This document shows, piece by piece, positions 49,897-57,795 of a stretch of 64,000 nt of DNA (the first letter of the stretch is position 1; the number at the start of each line of letters is the position of its first letter). The stretch spans positions 1 to 64,000 of the IMG/VR virus record IMGVR_UViG_3300025141_000025. The stretch is one strand, 5' to 3'. The stretch is from a virus. A model generated the notes under the pieces. The model was not told the DNA's origin and did not search any database. It saw nothing but the letters and a program-made list of their open reading frames with translations. The position numbers and the translations under genes are program-made.

Positions 49897-51441
49897 TTAT
49901 CCATTAACCTTAAAGATAGTATCCCTATTTTGAACAAGGTAACTAACGCCCCTCTCTACTATATAGAAATCAAAGGCATATGACCTACCGACCACCAGAG
50001 CCTGCATTTTAAAATCAAAAAACATACCATCTGTGTCTGTTGAAACCTTGGTTGAATTAGTGGTATTGTCATATGGTATGATAATTTTGCCGGTAACACG
50101 ATCAACAACCTGATAATATAAATCGTCAAAAATTACCGATGGTCTGTTTATCGGGATTTTTACAGGGGCATTTTCCTCATTAATGAGATCACGACCATAC
50201 AATCTAAATTTAACAGTATCGTTCTTGTGATAACCTGTGTCAGCATTGGTCACAATAATCTGTGGTTCTCTAGATATAAATTCCCCACCCCTACGATCAG
50301 GTTTTTTCAATGTCACTGTCCCTGTGTGATATGTCACAGTTCCGTCAATAGAGTTCCAATAAGTGGTAAAATCAACCTCACCAGTATTGGTAAGTAATTT
50401 TGCAATAGATTCTGTTTTTGTATGTTTACCCGTTTCTACAGATGCCATGGCAAATGATGCCGAATAAAGACCTGTAACACCGGATCCATCAGTTCCTGCC
50501 GTATGCTGACTGCCTGTTACATAAAAATTGAACAATCCTTTATTTAGCTGCAAAATAAAACAGTTCTGTCCCGTGATTGCAGATAAACTTGATCCACTAA
50601 CTAGATTGGCGCGGGCTGACCTATCATACGAGTTCAAAAATAATGTTCCACTCGAGTCAAAATTAAAATTCTTATGACTATCAACAATGGAATCATCAAA
50701 CTTAACTACTAACCTAGGTCTCAGTAACGGATTTGCAACATGCCTAGACGCGAACCTTTTTACAAATCTAGATTTCTTATCATTTTCTTGTGATCCGCTA
50801 AAAGACAATCTAAAACCAACATCAGGAATTTGTGATGCGACTGTTGCAGATACGATATTTGTAACATCAATTGATAAATCCTCCGTACCAAGGGTAAATG
50901 CCTGTTTTTTCTCAAACGATGCAACACCATTTCCGTCGCTAAGGTTTCCTGAACTTATGTAATCAATATCAGCTGAACCTAATAGGCCACCCGCATTTGC
51001 ACCTGATGCAAACCAGACGTTGTTGTCGGTTGTATAAGATGCTGTGAGAAAATTGGCCACGTGAACATCATCGAATTTACCCGTATCGAAACCTTCACCT
51101 TCATCAAATGTCTGTGATAGTGGATAAACTGATAGTGTGAAATTCCTAGGAACTGCGTGCCCAGTCATAATATCCTTCATTTCTAACACAGCCCTAAAAT
51201 TACTTGAATTTAAATTTAATATCGTTCCTGTTAGCTGTGTAATGGGTTGAAGGTCAAACCTTACCATGGCTCTTGATAATTCCAACTGTGATGATGTTCC
51301 ATTTAGTGTTGTTTCATTATAAAGCTTAAAAAGATCCAATGTGGATGCCTGTCCTACATTGGCATCTGTAACCCTCAGGTTTCCGTCTATAATTTTATCT
51401 GTGATATAAGTGTCAGAACTAGCTGTGCATACAATAATCAT
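49897..51441 (-). CDS. Baseplate protein with DNRLRE-like (carbohydrate-binding type) domain
   Basis: ASSDTYI...NVG...SRAMVRFDL...VYPLSQTFDEG...DVTNIV...GFRL...FASR...RPRLVV pattern. Confidence 0.6.
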   Translation of the reverse strand: MIIVCTASSDTYITDKIIDGNLRVTDANVGQASTLDLFKLYNETTLNGTSSQLELSRAMVRFDLQPITQLTGTILNLNSSNFRAVLEMKDIMTGHAVPRNFTLSVYPLSQTFDEGEGFDTGKFDDVHVANFLTASYTTDNNVWFASGANAGGLLGSADIDYISSGNLSDGNGVASFEKKQAFTLGTEDLSIDVTNIVSATVASQIPDVGFRLSFSGSQENDKKSRFVKRFASRHVANPLLRPRLVVKFDDSIVDSHKNFNFDSSGTLFLNSYDRSARANLVSGSSLSAITGQNCFILQLNKGLFNFYVTGSQHTAGTDGSGVTGLYSASFAMASVETGKHTKTESIAKLLTNTGEVDFTTYWNSIDGTVTYHTGTVTLKKPDRRGGEFISREPQIIVTNADTGYHKNDTVKFRLYGRDLINEENAPVKIPINRPSVIFDDLYYQVVDRVTGKIIIPYDNTTNSTKVSTDTDGMFFDFKMQALVVGRSYAFDFYIVERGVSYLVQNRDTIFKVNG

Positions 51442-51450
51442 TATTTTCTC

Positions 51451-53295
51451 CTAAATTGCTGTGCCAATTACATCAAATGTAGGATATTTCAATTCAAAAA
51501 TTGCGCCTCTTTCAGGAACAATCAATCCCTTGGTTTGACTTTGTTTAAAATCAAAAACAGTAGTGTTGTAATTTCTATCTTCTATTACGCCTAACCTCGG
51601 AAAAATTTGCAAATCTATTAGAGAAATTACAAAATTTGTATTAATGATAATGTTGGTAATATCATCAATGACAATAGGTTGTCCAATATTGAAGAATTTT
51701 CTATCAAGGGCCGCAGCGATGGTGCTGTTAACAGTCGCAACAACCTGTGACTTGTTAGCGTTATCGGCAACATAAACGCTGTATTTTACAGCAAAATTTA
51801 TAACCCTTGTATCCAAAACGTCCACGGCGTCTCCAACTAGACGTAACTCATTGAGATAAACTTGTAAATTTTTCTTTAATGAATCGGGCGATGGGCCTAA
51901 GCTGCCATCTGCATTTTTTGATATTAGATAAAGAAGGGCAGAGTTGGGATTTACAGGATTATCCAAAATAGATGCCCTATAAACTCTTCCAAATTCACTA
52001 GGCAGGGAGTATATCCTAGCTAACAAGTCCTCCCTAGAAACAACTCTTCGTTGTGATTTTCTGGCTGACGTTATTCGTGTCTTTAGATCATCTAGGGTCG
52101 GAGCAACATCACCACCTGAGGAAGATAGGGGGTTTGTTACAAGAAGAGACTGCCTTACAGTTAGCGCATCCGTGGCCTCGGGGTTTCTTCTAAATGCGAT
52201 TGATAAAAAATCAACTGCCTCGATGGTATTTGATGCAACGTTATGTTCCAGTCCCCCGCCATGGCGATACCTGATTGAGAGGGTTACACCGCGTGGCGAA
52301 ATACCAAGTGTTTGTGTCTCCAATAAAGACTGTGGATCAATATTGAATCTAGGCATTACAGTTTTTCCAAATAGTTTTAATGACAAACTACTAGGGTCAG
52401 GAACAATATCGTTGTCAAGGGTCTCAGCATTACCTCCACCAAATCTAACAGTCGTTAGCTGCGTCATTGGATCATACCTTCTAAGGAACCTATAAGGTGC
52501 CGCGATCACACGTATAAAACTGGGAACCTGATTTGCGTCCTGGGTTATGTTTTTTGTCTTTAAGAAAATAGTGTCTTCAGCCAAGGATGACACCTCATAA
52601 TATGTGTTTGCCTCAGAATCAGTTATCGAAAGAACAGCAGTAATATTTTTTTCACTAAGCACTATTTCACGAAATGAAACAAACGTATCAGGAACTACAA
52701 CTGTCTCTGTCTTATCTTTTCCCGACACGGCGAAAACCTCAGCTGTCATTGTAAAAGTTTTTGGACTACCGTCTTCATTCGTAGACGCTATAATAAAATT
52801 AGCTTCAAAATTACCGTCTTCATCTTGCTCGGCAAAATCTAAGTCGTCTATGGTAGTAAATTCAACGCCTGAAATTGCTGACACTTGTGTGCCGGCCAAG
52901 ATAACAGGTAAGCAGTTTCTTTTTGGCAGATAGTTGCCGCTGATAAGTTCTGCGGGGGCTGTTATAGAAAACTTTAGAGAAACAACGGCAGGAGACGCGC
53001 CTACAATTTCAACACCTGAATTTCTCAAATGTGTTATGATGTTATCAGGCTCAACTGCCCTAACAGGGTCAAGTTCTCTAAATGCATGATCTAGGTAAAA
53101 GTTCAATGAGTCACCAACCGTGGCGACAAAATCTAAAAACATTCCTCCAACTGATGCTTCTGAAAAATCCTGTATCTTATCAGGAAAATAAACTCTTGCT
53201 GTATCCAAAAGTTGTGCACGGAGGGTTTCAAAATCGCGTGCCGTGAATGTTTTATTTTGCTCTTTTTTTATTTTCTTTTGTACTTGAAATGCCAT
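51451..53295 (-). CDS. gp6: Baseplate wedge subunit, T4 gp6 / baseplate J-like
   Basis: RDFETLRAQL...DFSEASVGGMFLDFVATVGDSLNFYLD and QRRVVSREDL motifs. Directly downstream of gp25. Confidence 0.88.
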   Translation of the reverse strand: MAFQVQKKIKKEQNKTFTARDFETLRAQLLDTARVYFPDKIQDFSEASVGGMFLDFVATVGDSLNFYLDHAFRELDPVRAVEPDNIITHLRNSGVEIVGASPAVVSLKFSITAPAELISGNYLPKRNCLPVILAGTQVSAISGVEFTTIDDLDFAEQDEDGNFEANFIIASTNEDGSPKTFTMTAEVFAVSGKDKTETVVVPDTFVSFREIVLSEKNITAVLSITDSEANTYYEVSSLAEDTIFLKTKNITQDANQVPSFIRVIAAPYRFLRRYDPMTQLTTVRFGGGNAETLDNDIVPDPSSLSLKLFGKTVMPRFNIDPQSLLETQTLGISPRGVTLSIRYRHGGGLEHNVASNTIEAVDFLSIAFRRNPEATDALTVRQSLLVTNPLSSSGGDVAPTLDDLKTRITSARKSQRRVVSREDLLARIYSLPSEFGRVYRASILDNPVNPNSALLYLISKNADGSLGPSPDSLKKNLQVYLNELRLVGDAVDVLDTRVINFAVKYSVYVADNANKSQVVATVNSTIAAALDRKFFNIGQPIVIDDITNIIINTNFVISLIDLQIFPRLGVIEDRNYNTTVFDFKQSQTKGLIVPERGAIFELKYPTFDVIGTAI

Positions 53296-53786
53296 TAGCT
53301 AGTCACCACTAAAACAACTTTTACTTGTTGTCCCGTTACTTCAATTGAAGGAATGCTATATCCAACACGGATTGCAACCTGTATTATATCACCGGCTTCG
53401 GATTTTTCGATATTTGGTTCAAACTCTTGTAATTCTATAAACGGCATAAATTTATTAACTGCCGATGAAATTCTTGTTAACGCTTCCCCAATTCCAGCTT
53501 CGCTAGTTAATTCGAATGCCAAGGGTCGAAGATTTGCACCAAAATCAGTTAGCATCAAACGTTCACCGTGATTTGTTACCAATAAATTTCTTAAATTATC
53601 GGCAACTTGCACCTGTAAATCCTTTGACATTGCAAAAACTGAACCTGCGCCACCGTATTGTGCAAATGATACCGGCGTCAATATGCCAATAGGTGTTGAA
53701 GATGTTGTATCAAGAAAATTTTCTTCAAATTTATCTTGTTGCAAACCAACGGATTTAAAATCATATACTTTTGTCGCTTGCGCCAT
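53295..53786 (-). CDS. gp25: Baseplate wedge / sheath initiator, T4 gp25-like
   Basis: NLRNLLVTNHGERLMLTDFGANLRPLAFE...AVNKFMPFI. Confidence 0.9.
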   Translation of the reverse strand: MAQATKVYDFKSVGLQQDKFEENFLDTTSSTPIGILTPVSFAQYGGAGSVFAMSKDLQVQVADNLRNLLVTNHGERLMLTDFGANLRPLAFELTSEAGIGEALTRISSAVNKFMPFIELQEFEPNIEKSEAGDIIQVAIRVGYSIPSIEVTGQQVKVVLVVTS

Positions 53787-53802
53787 AATAAAGTCCTGAC
53801 AC

Positions 53803-53809
53803 TAAATAT
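53803..53809 (-). promoter_or_regulatory. Putative late promoter element ATATTTA upstream of gp25
   Basis: Shared intergenic motif (GATATTTAG) followed by AGGA SD. Confidence 0.65.
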
Positions 53810-53832
53810 CCAAAAAACCAGTTTAGCAGTTA

Positions 53833-54423
53833 CTAACCTTGTATATCTCCTAATGCGGTTCCGCCTGCTGGGTGATCTTGGCTAGTCGATGGAACTGGCG
53901 CAGTCGCAGGTGGAGGTGACAAATACCCCATGACAGTAACGCCAGCATGCACATCAAATATTAAGTCTATGATTCCTGTGAAGGCAAATTCATGAATTGC
54001 GTCTGCTATATCTTGAGCTTTTTGTTCAATAATGGCATCGGAATCGGCACCTTTTTTAGATCCGTCCTCCTTTGCTTTTTTCTTGGCTTCCTCTATTCCT
54101 ATTTTTAATTGCTCATTTGTTGGAAAAGAAAGGGCGCCGTCAGCATCATGTTCGCCGGAACCTTGACCGGGTGACACATATGTACCAGCGCCGGCGCCGG
54201 GGGCAGGACCTGCTGCTACAGCAGATTGACCAGCCTGAATTTCGTGTGATGTTATGACCTTGGCAGTTTCCATGTACTTGTGTATTGCATCAGCAAGGTC
54301 TTGGGCAAGGTCTGATATTATTTGATCCGGGTCTGCAGCACCTTTCATTCCCTCATCGCGGGCTTTTATGTGCGCATCGTAAAATTCTGTGTCTAAATCA
54401 AGTACGCCGTCTTCAAGTGCCAT
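53833..54423 (-). CDS. Spike-associated protein with two copies of an approximately 90-aa repeat domain
   Basis: KARDEGMKGAADPDQIISDLAQDLADAIHKY and KAKEDGSKKGADSDAIIEQKAQDIADAIHEF. Confidence 0.7.
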   Translation of the reverse strand: MALEDGVLDLDTEFYDAHIKARDEGMKGAADPDQIISDLAQDLADAIHKYMETAKVITSHEIQAGQSAVAAGPAPGAGAGTYVSPGQGSGEHDADGALSFPTNEQLKIGIEEAKKKAKEDGSKKGADSDAIIEQKAQDIADAIHEFAFTGIIDLIFDVHAGVTVMGYLSPPPATAPVPSTSQDHPAGGTALGDIQG

Positions 54424-54636
54424 CTTTACTCCAAAAATCCTTCACCGGTTCCACTACCAGGTGAAACAGTCATGCCTGAACAAGGAGCATCCATCTGACC
54501 GGAAGATATTGTATCATTTGTCTGAACTTTGGCTTCCAGGGTATATGTGTGCACAGCAGCTGATAGATCTGTGGCAAGGTCAGTTATTATTTGATCCGGG
54601 TCTGCCTCACCTTTCATTCCCTCATCACGGGCTTTT
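54304..54636. repeat. Direct repeat pair, 64 bp, 59/64 identical (54304-54367 and 54573-54636)
   Basis: Manual alignment of GGCAAGGTC...TATTATTTGATCCGGGTCTGC..CACCTTTCATTCCCTCATC.CGGGCTTTT in two adjacent paralogous genes. Confidence 0.9.
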
Positions 54637-54698
54637 TTGTATGCATCGCTGATTGCTGCTGCCAATGTTTCTTTTACTGCATCTAACCCTGCTGGCAT
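54426..54698 (-). CDS. Spike-associated protein with one copy of the same repeat domain
   Basis: KARDEGMKGEADPDQIITDLATDLSAAVHTY. GGAG SD. Confidence 0.7.
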   Translation of the reverse strand: MPAGLDAVKETLAAAISDAYKKARDEGMKGEADPDQIITDLATDLSAAVHTYTLEAKVQTNDTISSGQMDAPCSGMTVSPGSGTGEGFLE

Positions 54699-54701
54699 TT
54701 T

Positions 54702-56393
54702 TTATTCTCCAAATATTCTTTCAGACTTTACATTGGCGATATCAGGCTTAAGTTTGCTATCAATCTTTGCCTTTAGGTCAGCCGCTGCCTGTGTTAATTG
54801 TGGACTAGGGGCACCATATCCAGGTGTCACATGCCCGACAACAGTTTGACAAAATTTGCCGAGCTCTGTCATTGTGTCGTTCCACAAATCTTCCAATTCC
54901 TGGTATTTTACATACGGTTGGGACTCTCCTGCGCCTGGACCATTTCCAGCTCCGCCATCTACCTCCTTTGCCCTACCTAAATAAATTTTATTACCGCTAA
55001 TTTGAATTGTTCCATCTGGTTCAATATAAATGCATGCCAAATCCTCGGTTGGATTTCCTTCTTTGACAATTCTAATACTTCCGTTTGTTTTTCCATCGGC
55101 ATCAGCCTTGTCAGGAAGAATACTTTTTGTTGCATCAATTGGAACTTTTCTTGCTACGATCCTAATATGATCTGCTTTAACTGCAACAACAGGAGCCGCG
55201 GCTTGTGGATCGGGTTGTGTTTCAAACCCCTGTGCCTTTATCACATCCAGGCCTAATTTTTTATCAATTTCTGATTTTTCAGAAATGTAAATACGGGCTG
55301 CATCAACAAGAAAATCCGGGTCGCCTTCTGCTGGATTTGTTTTTTGATTTCCGGGATCAGAAGGGGCGCCTGTTCCCTCCTTTGCCAAATCAGATTCACT
55401 ATCCTGGTCTTGTGAAGCCGCAGGATCCTTGTCAACCTCAAATTTATCTAGTGAATTTTTAACTAAAAAAGGCGCTGTGCTGTTCTTCGGTCCGCCAACA
55501 TTTGCTTTTTTTCTTGGTTTTTTTATCTCGTTGTCGACAGTGTCAAAATACCTACCACGACCAGCGACAATATCAATAGACCCCGCTTTTTCCGACGCCG
55601 CGTCGCTAGAATTTGATGATTTTTGCTCAGACGGGCGTACTGCATGGTCAAAACCCCTGTCAATACCAAGACAGATGCTGGTATTATTCGAACCTTGTAA
55701 AACAAAATCACCTGGGCGTTTTGTCATTCTAGGGGTCGGCTCCATTATTACTTGTGCTGTTTCAACTGATTCCTTGACGATTCTTTTCATTTCGTCTTTT
55801 AGTTTTTCTTCAGTTGGAGGGGCTTTTGGATCAGCGGGCGGCGAAAGCACAAAAACACTTGGTGCTACTTCATTTGGAAAATCTTCCAACCTTTTGTCCG
55901 GGGCAACCGACGCTGTTAATAATAAATCACTTACATCTCTTGTTGGTGATGTATAGTTCACATCTTCAAGCGGCAGAATATCATGAATTCTAGAGATCCA
56001 ATAAGTTGTCGAATCACGAATATCACCAAATAAATCAGGTTTAAAAATCCAAACCTGCTCACCCGGTTTTACAGGAAGGGCAAGATGTGATGAGAAAAAA
56101 GGATAACTTACAATATCAGCATTTGTTGCTGTGCTGTTTTCATCATCAATAATTCTGGCGACAATTGAATTTCTTGGTGACTGGTAAAATAATTTTTCTG
56201 AAAACTCTGACAAAGATGTTGGTATTTCTTCAACAATTGATGGGTCGGATATTGTCTCTATCACGATTGCCCTGTTGAATATCCTAACTGCCTTTAGTGC
56301 CTCTAAATCATTTCTAATTGCTGAGGCGCCGCTGCCTTCAAACGGTGTGTTACTGACCGTCGCGTTTGCTGCGCCAATTGCGTCTTCACTCAT
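54702..56393 (-). CDS. Baseplate central spike/hub, gp5/gpV-like (no lysozyme domain seen)
   Basis: OB-fold-like YPFFSSHLALPVKPGEQVWI, PGDFVLQGSNNTSICLG, beta-rich C-terminal half, and an apex-like GHVTPG...PSP. Lies upstream of gp25/gp6. Confidence 0.7.
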   Translation of the reverse strand: MSEDAIGAANATVSNTPFEGSGASAIRNDLEALKAVRIFNRAIVIETISDPSIVEEIPTSLSEFSEKLFYQSPRNSIVARIIDDENSTATNADIVSYPFFSSHLALPVKPGEQVWIFKPDLFGDIRDSTTYWISRIHDILPLEDVNYTSPTRDVSDLLLTASVAPDKRLEDFPNEVAPSVFVLSPPADPKAPPTEEKLKDEMKRIVKESVETAQVIMEPTPRMTKRPGDFVLQGSNNTSICLGIDRGFDHAVRPSEQKSSNSSDAASEKAGSIDIVAGRGRYFDTVDNEIKKPRKKANVGGPKNSTAPFLVKNSLDKFEVDKDPAASQDQDSESDLAKEGTGAPSDPGNQKTNPAEGDPDFLVDAARIYISEKSEIDKKLGLDVIKAQGFETQPDPQAAAPVVAVKADHIRIVARKVPIDATKSILPDKADADGKTNGSIRIVKEGNPTEDLACIYIEPDGTIQISGNKIYLGRAKEVDGGAGNGPGAGESQPYVKYQELEDLWNDTMTELGKFCQTVVGHVTPGYGAPSPQLTQAAADLKAKIDSKLKPDIANVKSERIFGE

Positions 56394-56771
56394 TTATTCC
56401 TCTATTTGCGAAAAAATAATGTCAGCATCGACTGTGCTTGCTTTTTCTATTTCTTTGGTGACTAGACCAGCCAAAGAAATTAATTGGTCGTTTGCCTTTG
56501 TCATCCTTTCAAGATATTTTACCAATGTAGGTCCCATCGTCACATGCTCAGATGCGCTTCCGCCTAGCTGGGCAAATGCCTGCGTAAACAAAGCACTAGC
56601 ACAAACCCTGTCATTTTTTGCATTATTATAAATTTCTAACCATAAAAATAATTTTCTTCTGTCTAGGTCTTCAATTTCAGATAATATTTCTTCAAATTCG
56701 GATATTTTTTTTGCAGCAACCTTGTCGTTTTCTAGCATTTTTTCTATTTTTTTAATTTCGTTTGCTTTCAT
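56394..56771 (-). CDS. Small helical protein (possible terminase small subunit; unconfirmed)
   Basis: 125-aa all-helical ORF with ATGA overlap to the sigma gene. The function is a guess from size and helicity. Confidence 0.45.
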   Translation of the reverse strand: MKANEIKKIEKMLENDKVAAKKISEFEEILSEIEDLDRRKLFLWLEIYNNAKNDRVCASALFTQAFAQLGGSASEHVTMGPTLVKYLERMTKANDQLISLAGLVTKEIEKASTVDADIIFSQIEE

Positions 56772-57508
56772 AGGGTGCCGCCTTTTTCCTCAACCACAAT
56801 TCTGGCATAAATTTTTCTAATTTTGCTCATTGATTTTGCAATATGTTTCTTTTCTAGGCCTGATATTTCGACCAAATAAACATAAATCGATTGCTTATTA
56901 ATAAAATCTAGTTCTTTTGCATGATCAAATAATCTTTCAACTGCACTTATCGTTATCAAATCTCGATCATCAGTCAAGTGCTCTCTGATTTTTTTAACCC
57001 TTGCGATATTTTCGGCGCGGCGCTCTGCATTTATTATAAGTTCTTCAGTTGACGGAAGCTCTATATAAGAATCGATCTGTTGCTTGAGAAGTGAGTCACC
57101 TTTTCTTGCCGTCACCTCGTCTAGATAAACGTGCTTAAAATATTTTTTTCGGTGACTATTCGTTGTATTGATTAGAAAGTTTTTTGCAACAACATTGAAG
57201 TAGCTAAATGCTTTCGAGCCCTTGGCAGGATTCCACTTATGAAGTGAATTATAAAGAAAATAACAACCCTCTTCAATTAGTTCCTGCGTATTCATAAGAG
57301 GCGATTTAAAACCATAAACATAAATGAGACTTTCAACAAGTTTCTTCATGGCCGGTAATATTTCATTGCCGTAGACTGTTTCACGTTGTTTTCGTTCTGT
57401 AGATTCTAAAAAAGTGATAATTGATACCTCAGTGTCTTTGGTAAAATACATTACACTTTTTTGACCAGGCCTACGCTTTATTCTTTTTCTTCCTTTTTTG
57501 ACTGCCAC
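56768..57508 (-). CDS. gp55: Phage late-transcription sigma factor, T4 gp55-like (GTG start)
   Basis: N-terminal YFT motif, ELIEEG, and region-2 motif LHKWNPAKGSKAFSYFNVVAKNFLI. Confidence 0.8.
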   Translation of the reverse strand: MAVKKGRKRIKRRPGQKSVMYFTKDTEVSIITFLESTERKQRETVYGNEILPAMKKLVESLIYVYGFKSPLMNTQELIEEGCYFLYNSLHKWNPAKGSKAFSYFNVVAKNFLINTTNSHRKKYFKHVYLDEVTARKGDSLLKQQIDSYIELPSTEELIINAERRAENIARVKKIREHLTDDRDLITISAVERLFDHAKELDFINKQSIYVYLVEISGLEKKHIAKSMSKIRKIYARIVVEEKGGTL

Positions 57509-57795
57509 TATTCATTTTCCTCTTTAAGTTCTGTGATATTTGATGCCAATGCTACAGCAACAGAATGAATAGAATCGCGGACAGAATCAATATCCCTTAC
57601 GACAGCTTTTACCTCAGGGCTGTCATAAAATAAGGGGCGTTCTAATATTTCCGACATTTTTTGATATTTTTCATCTATTGTGTCTAAGCACTCTTCAATT
57701 GTGTCTTCCATTCTTAAAATAGTAATGCCTAGCCTAACGTTTTTGTATAACGACAAGCACAACAACAATGCAAGAACCAAAGATACGTATATCAT
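57508..57795 (-). CDS. Small membrane-anchored coiled-coil protein
   Basis: Hydrophobic N-terminus IYVSLVLALLLCLSL followed by heptads. Overlaps both neighbours. Confidence 0.65.
   Translation of the reverse strand: MIYVSLVLALLLCLSLYKNVRLGITILRMEDTIEECLDTIDEKYQKMSEILERPLFYDSPEVKAVVRDIDSVRDSIHSVAVALASNITELKEENE

Noticed and set aside
54423-54428. Readthrough or programmed fusion of the 90-aa and 196-aa repeat proteins
   Set aside because: The genes are in different frames (TAA-AG-ATG) and no slippery heptamer is evident at the junction.
54304-54636. 64-bp near-identical repeat pair as a possible diversity-generating retroelement TR/VR
   Set aside because: The five mismatches are not adenine-specific in either copy on either strand. 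Both copies are in-frame coding paralogs, and no reverse transcriptase is in the window.
1-56393. Bacterial contractile injection system (eCIS/T6SS/tailocin) rather than phage
   Set aside because: Capsid, portal, protease, terminase, primase and late sigma are all present, so this is a complete phage morphogenesis region.
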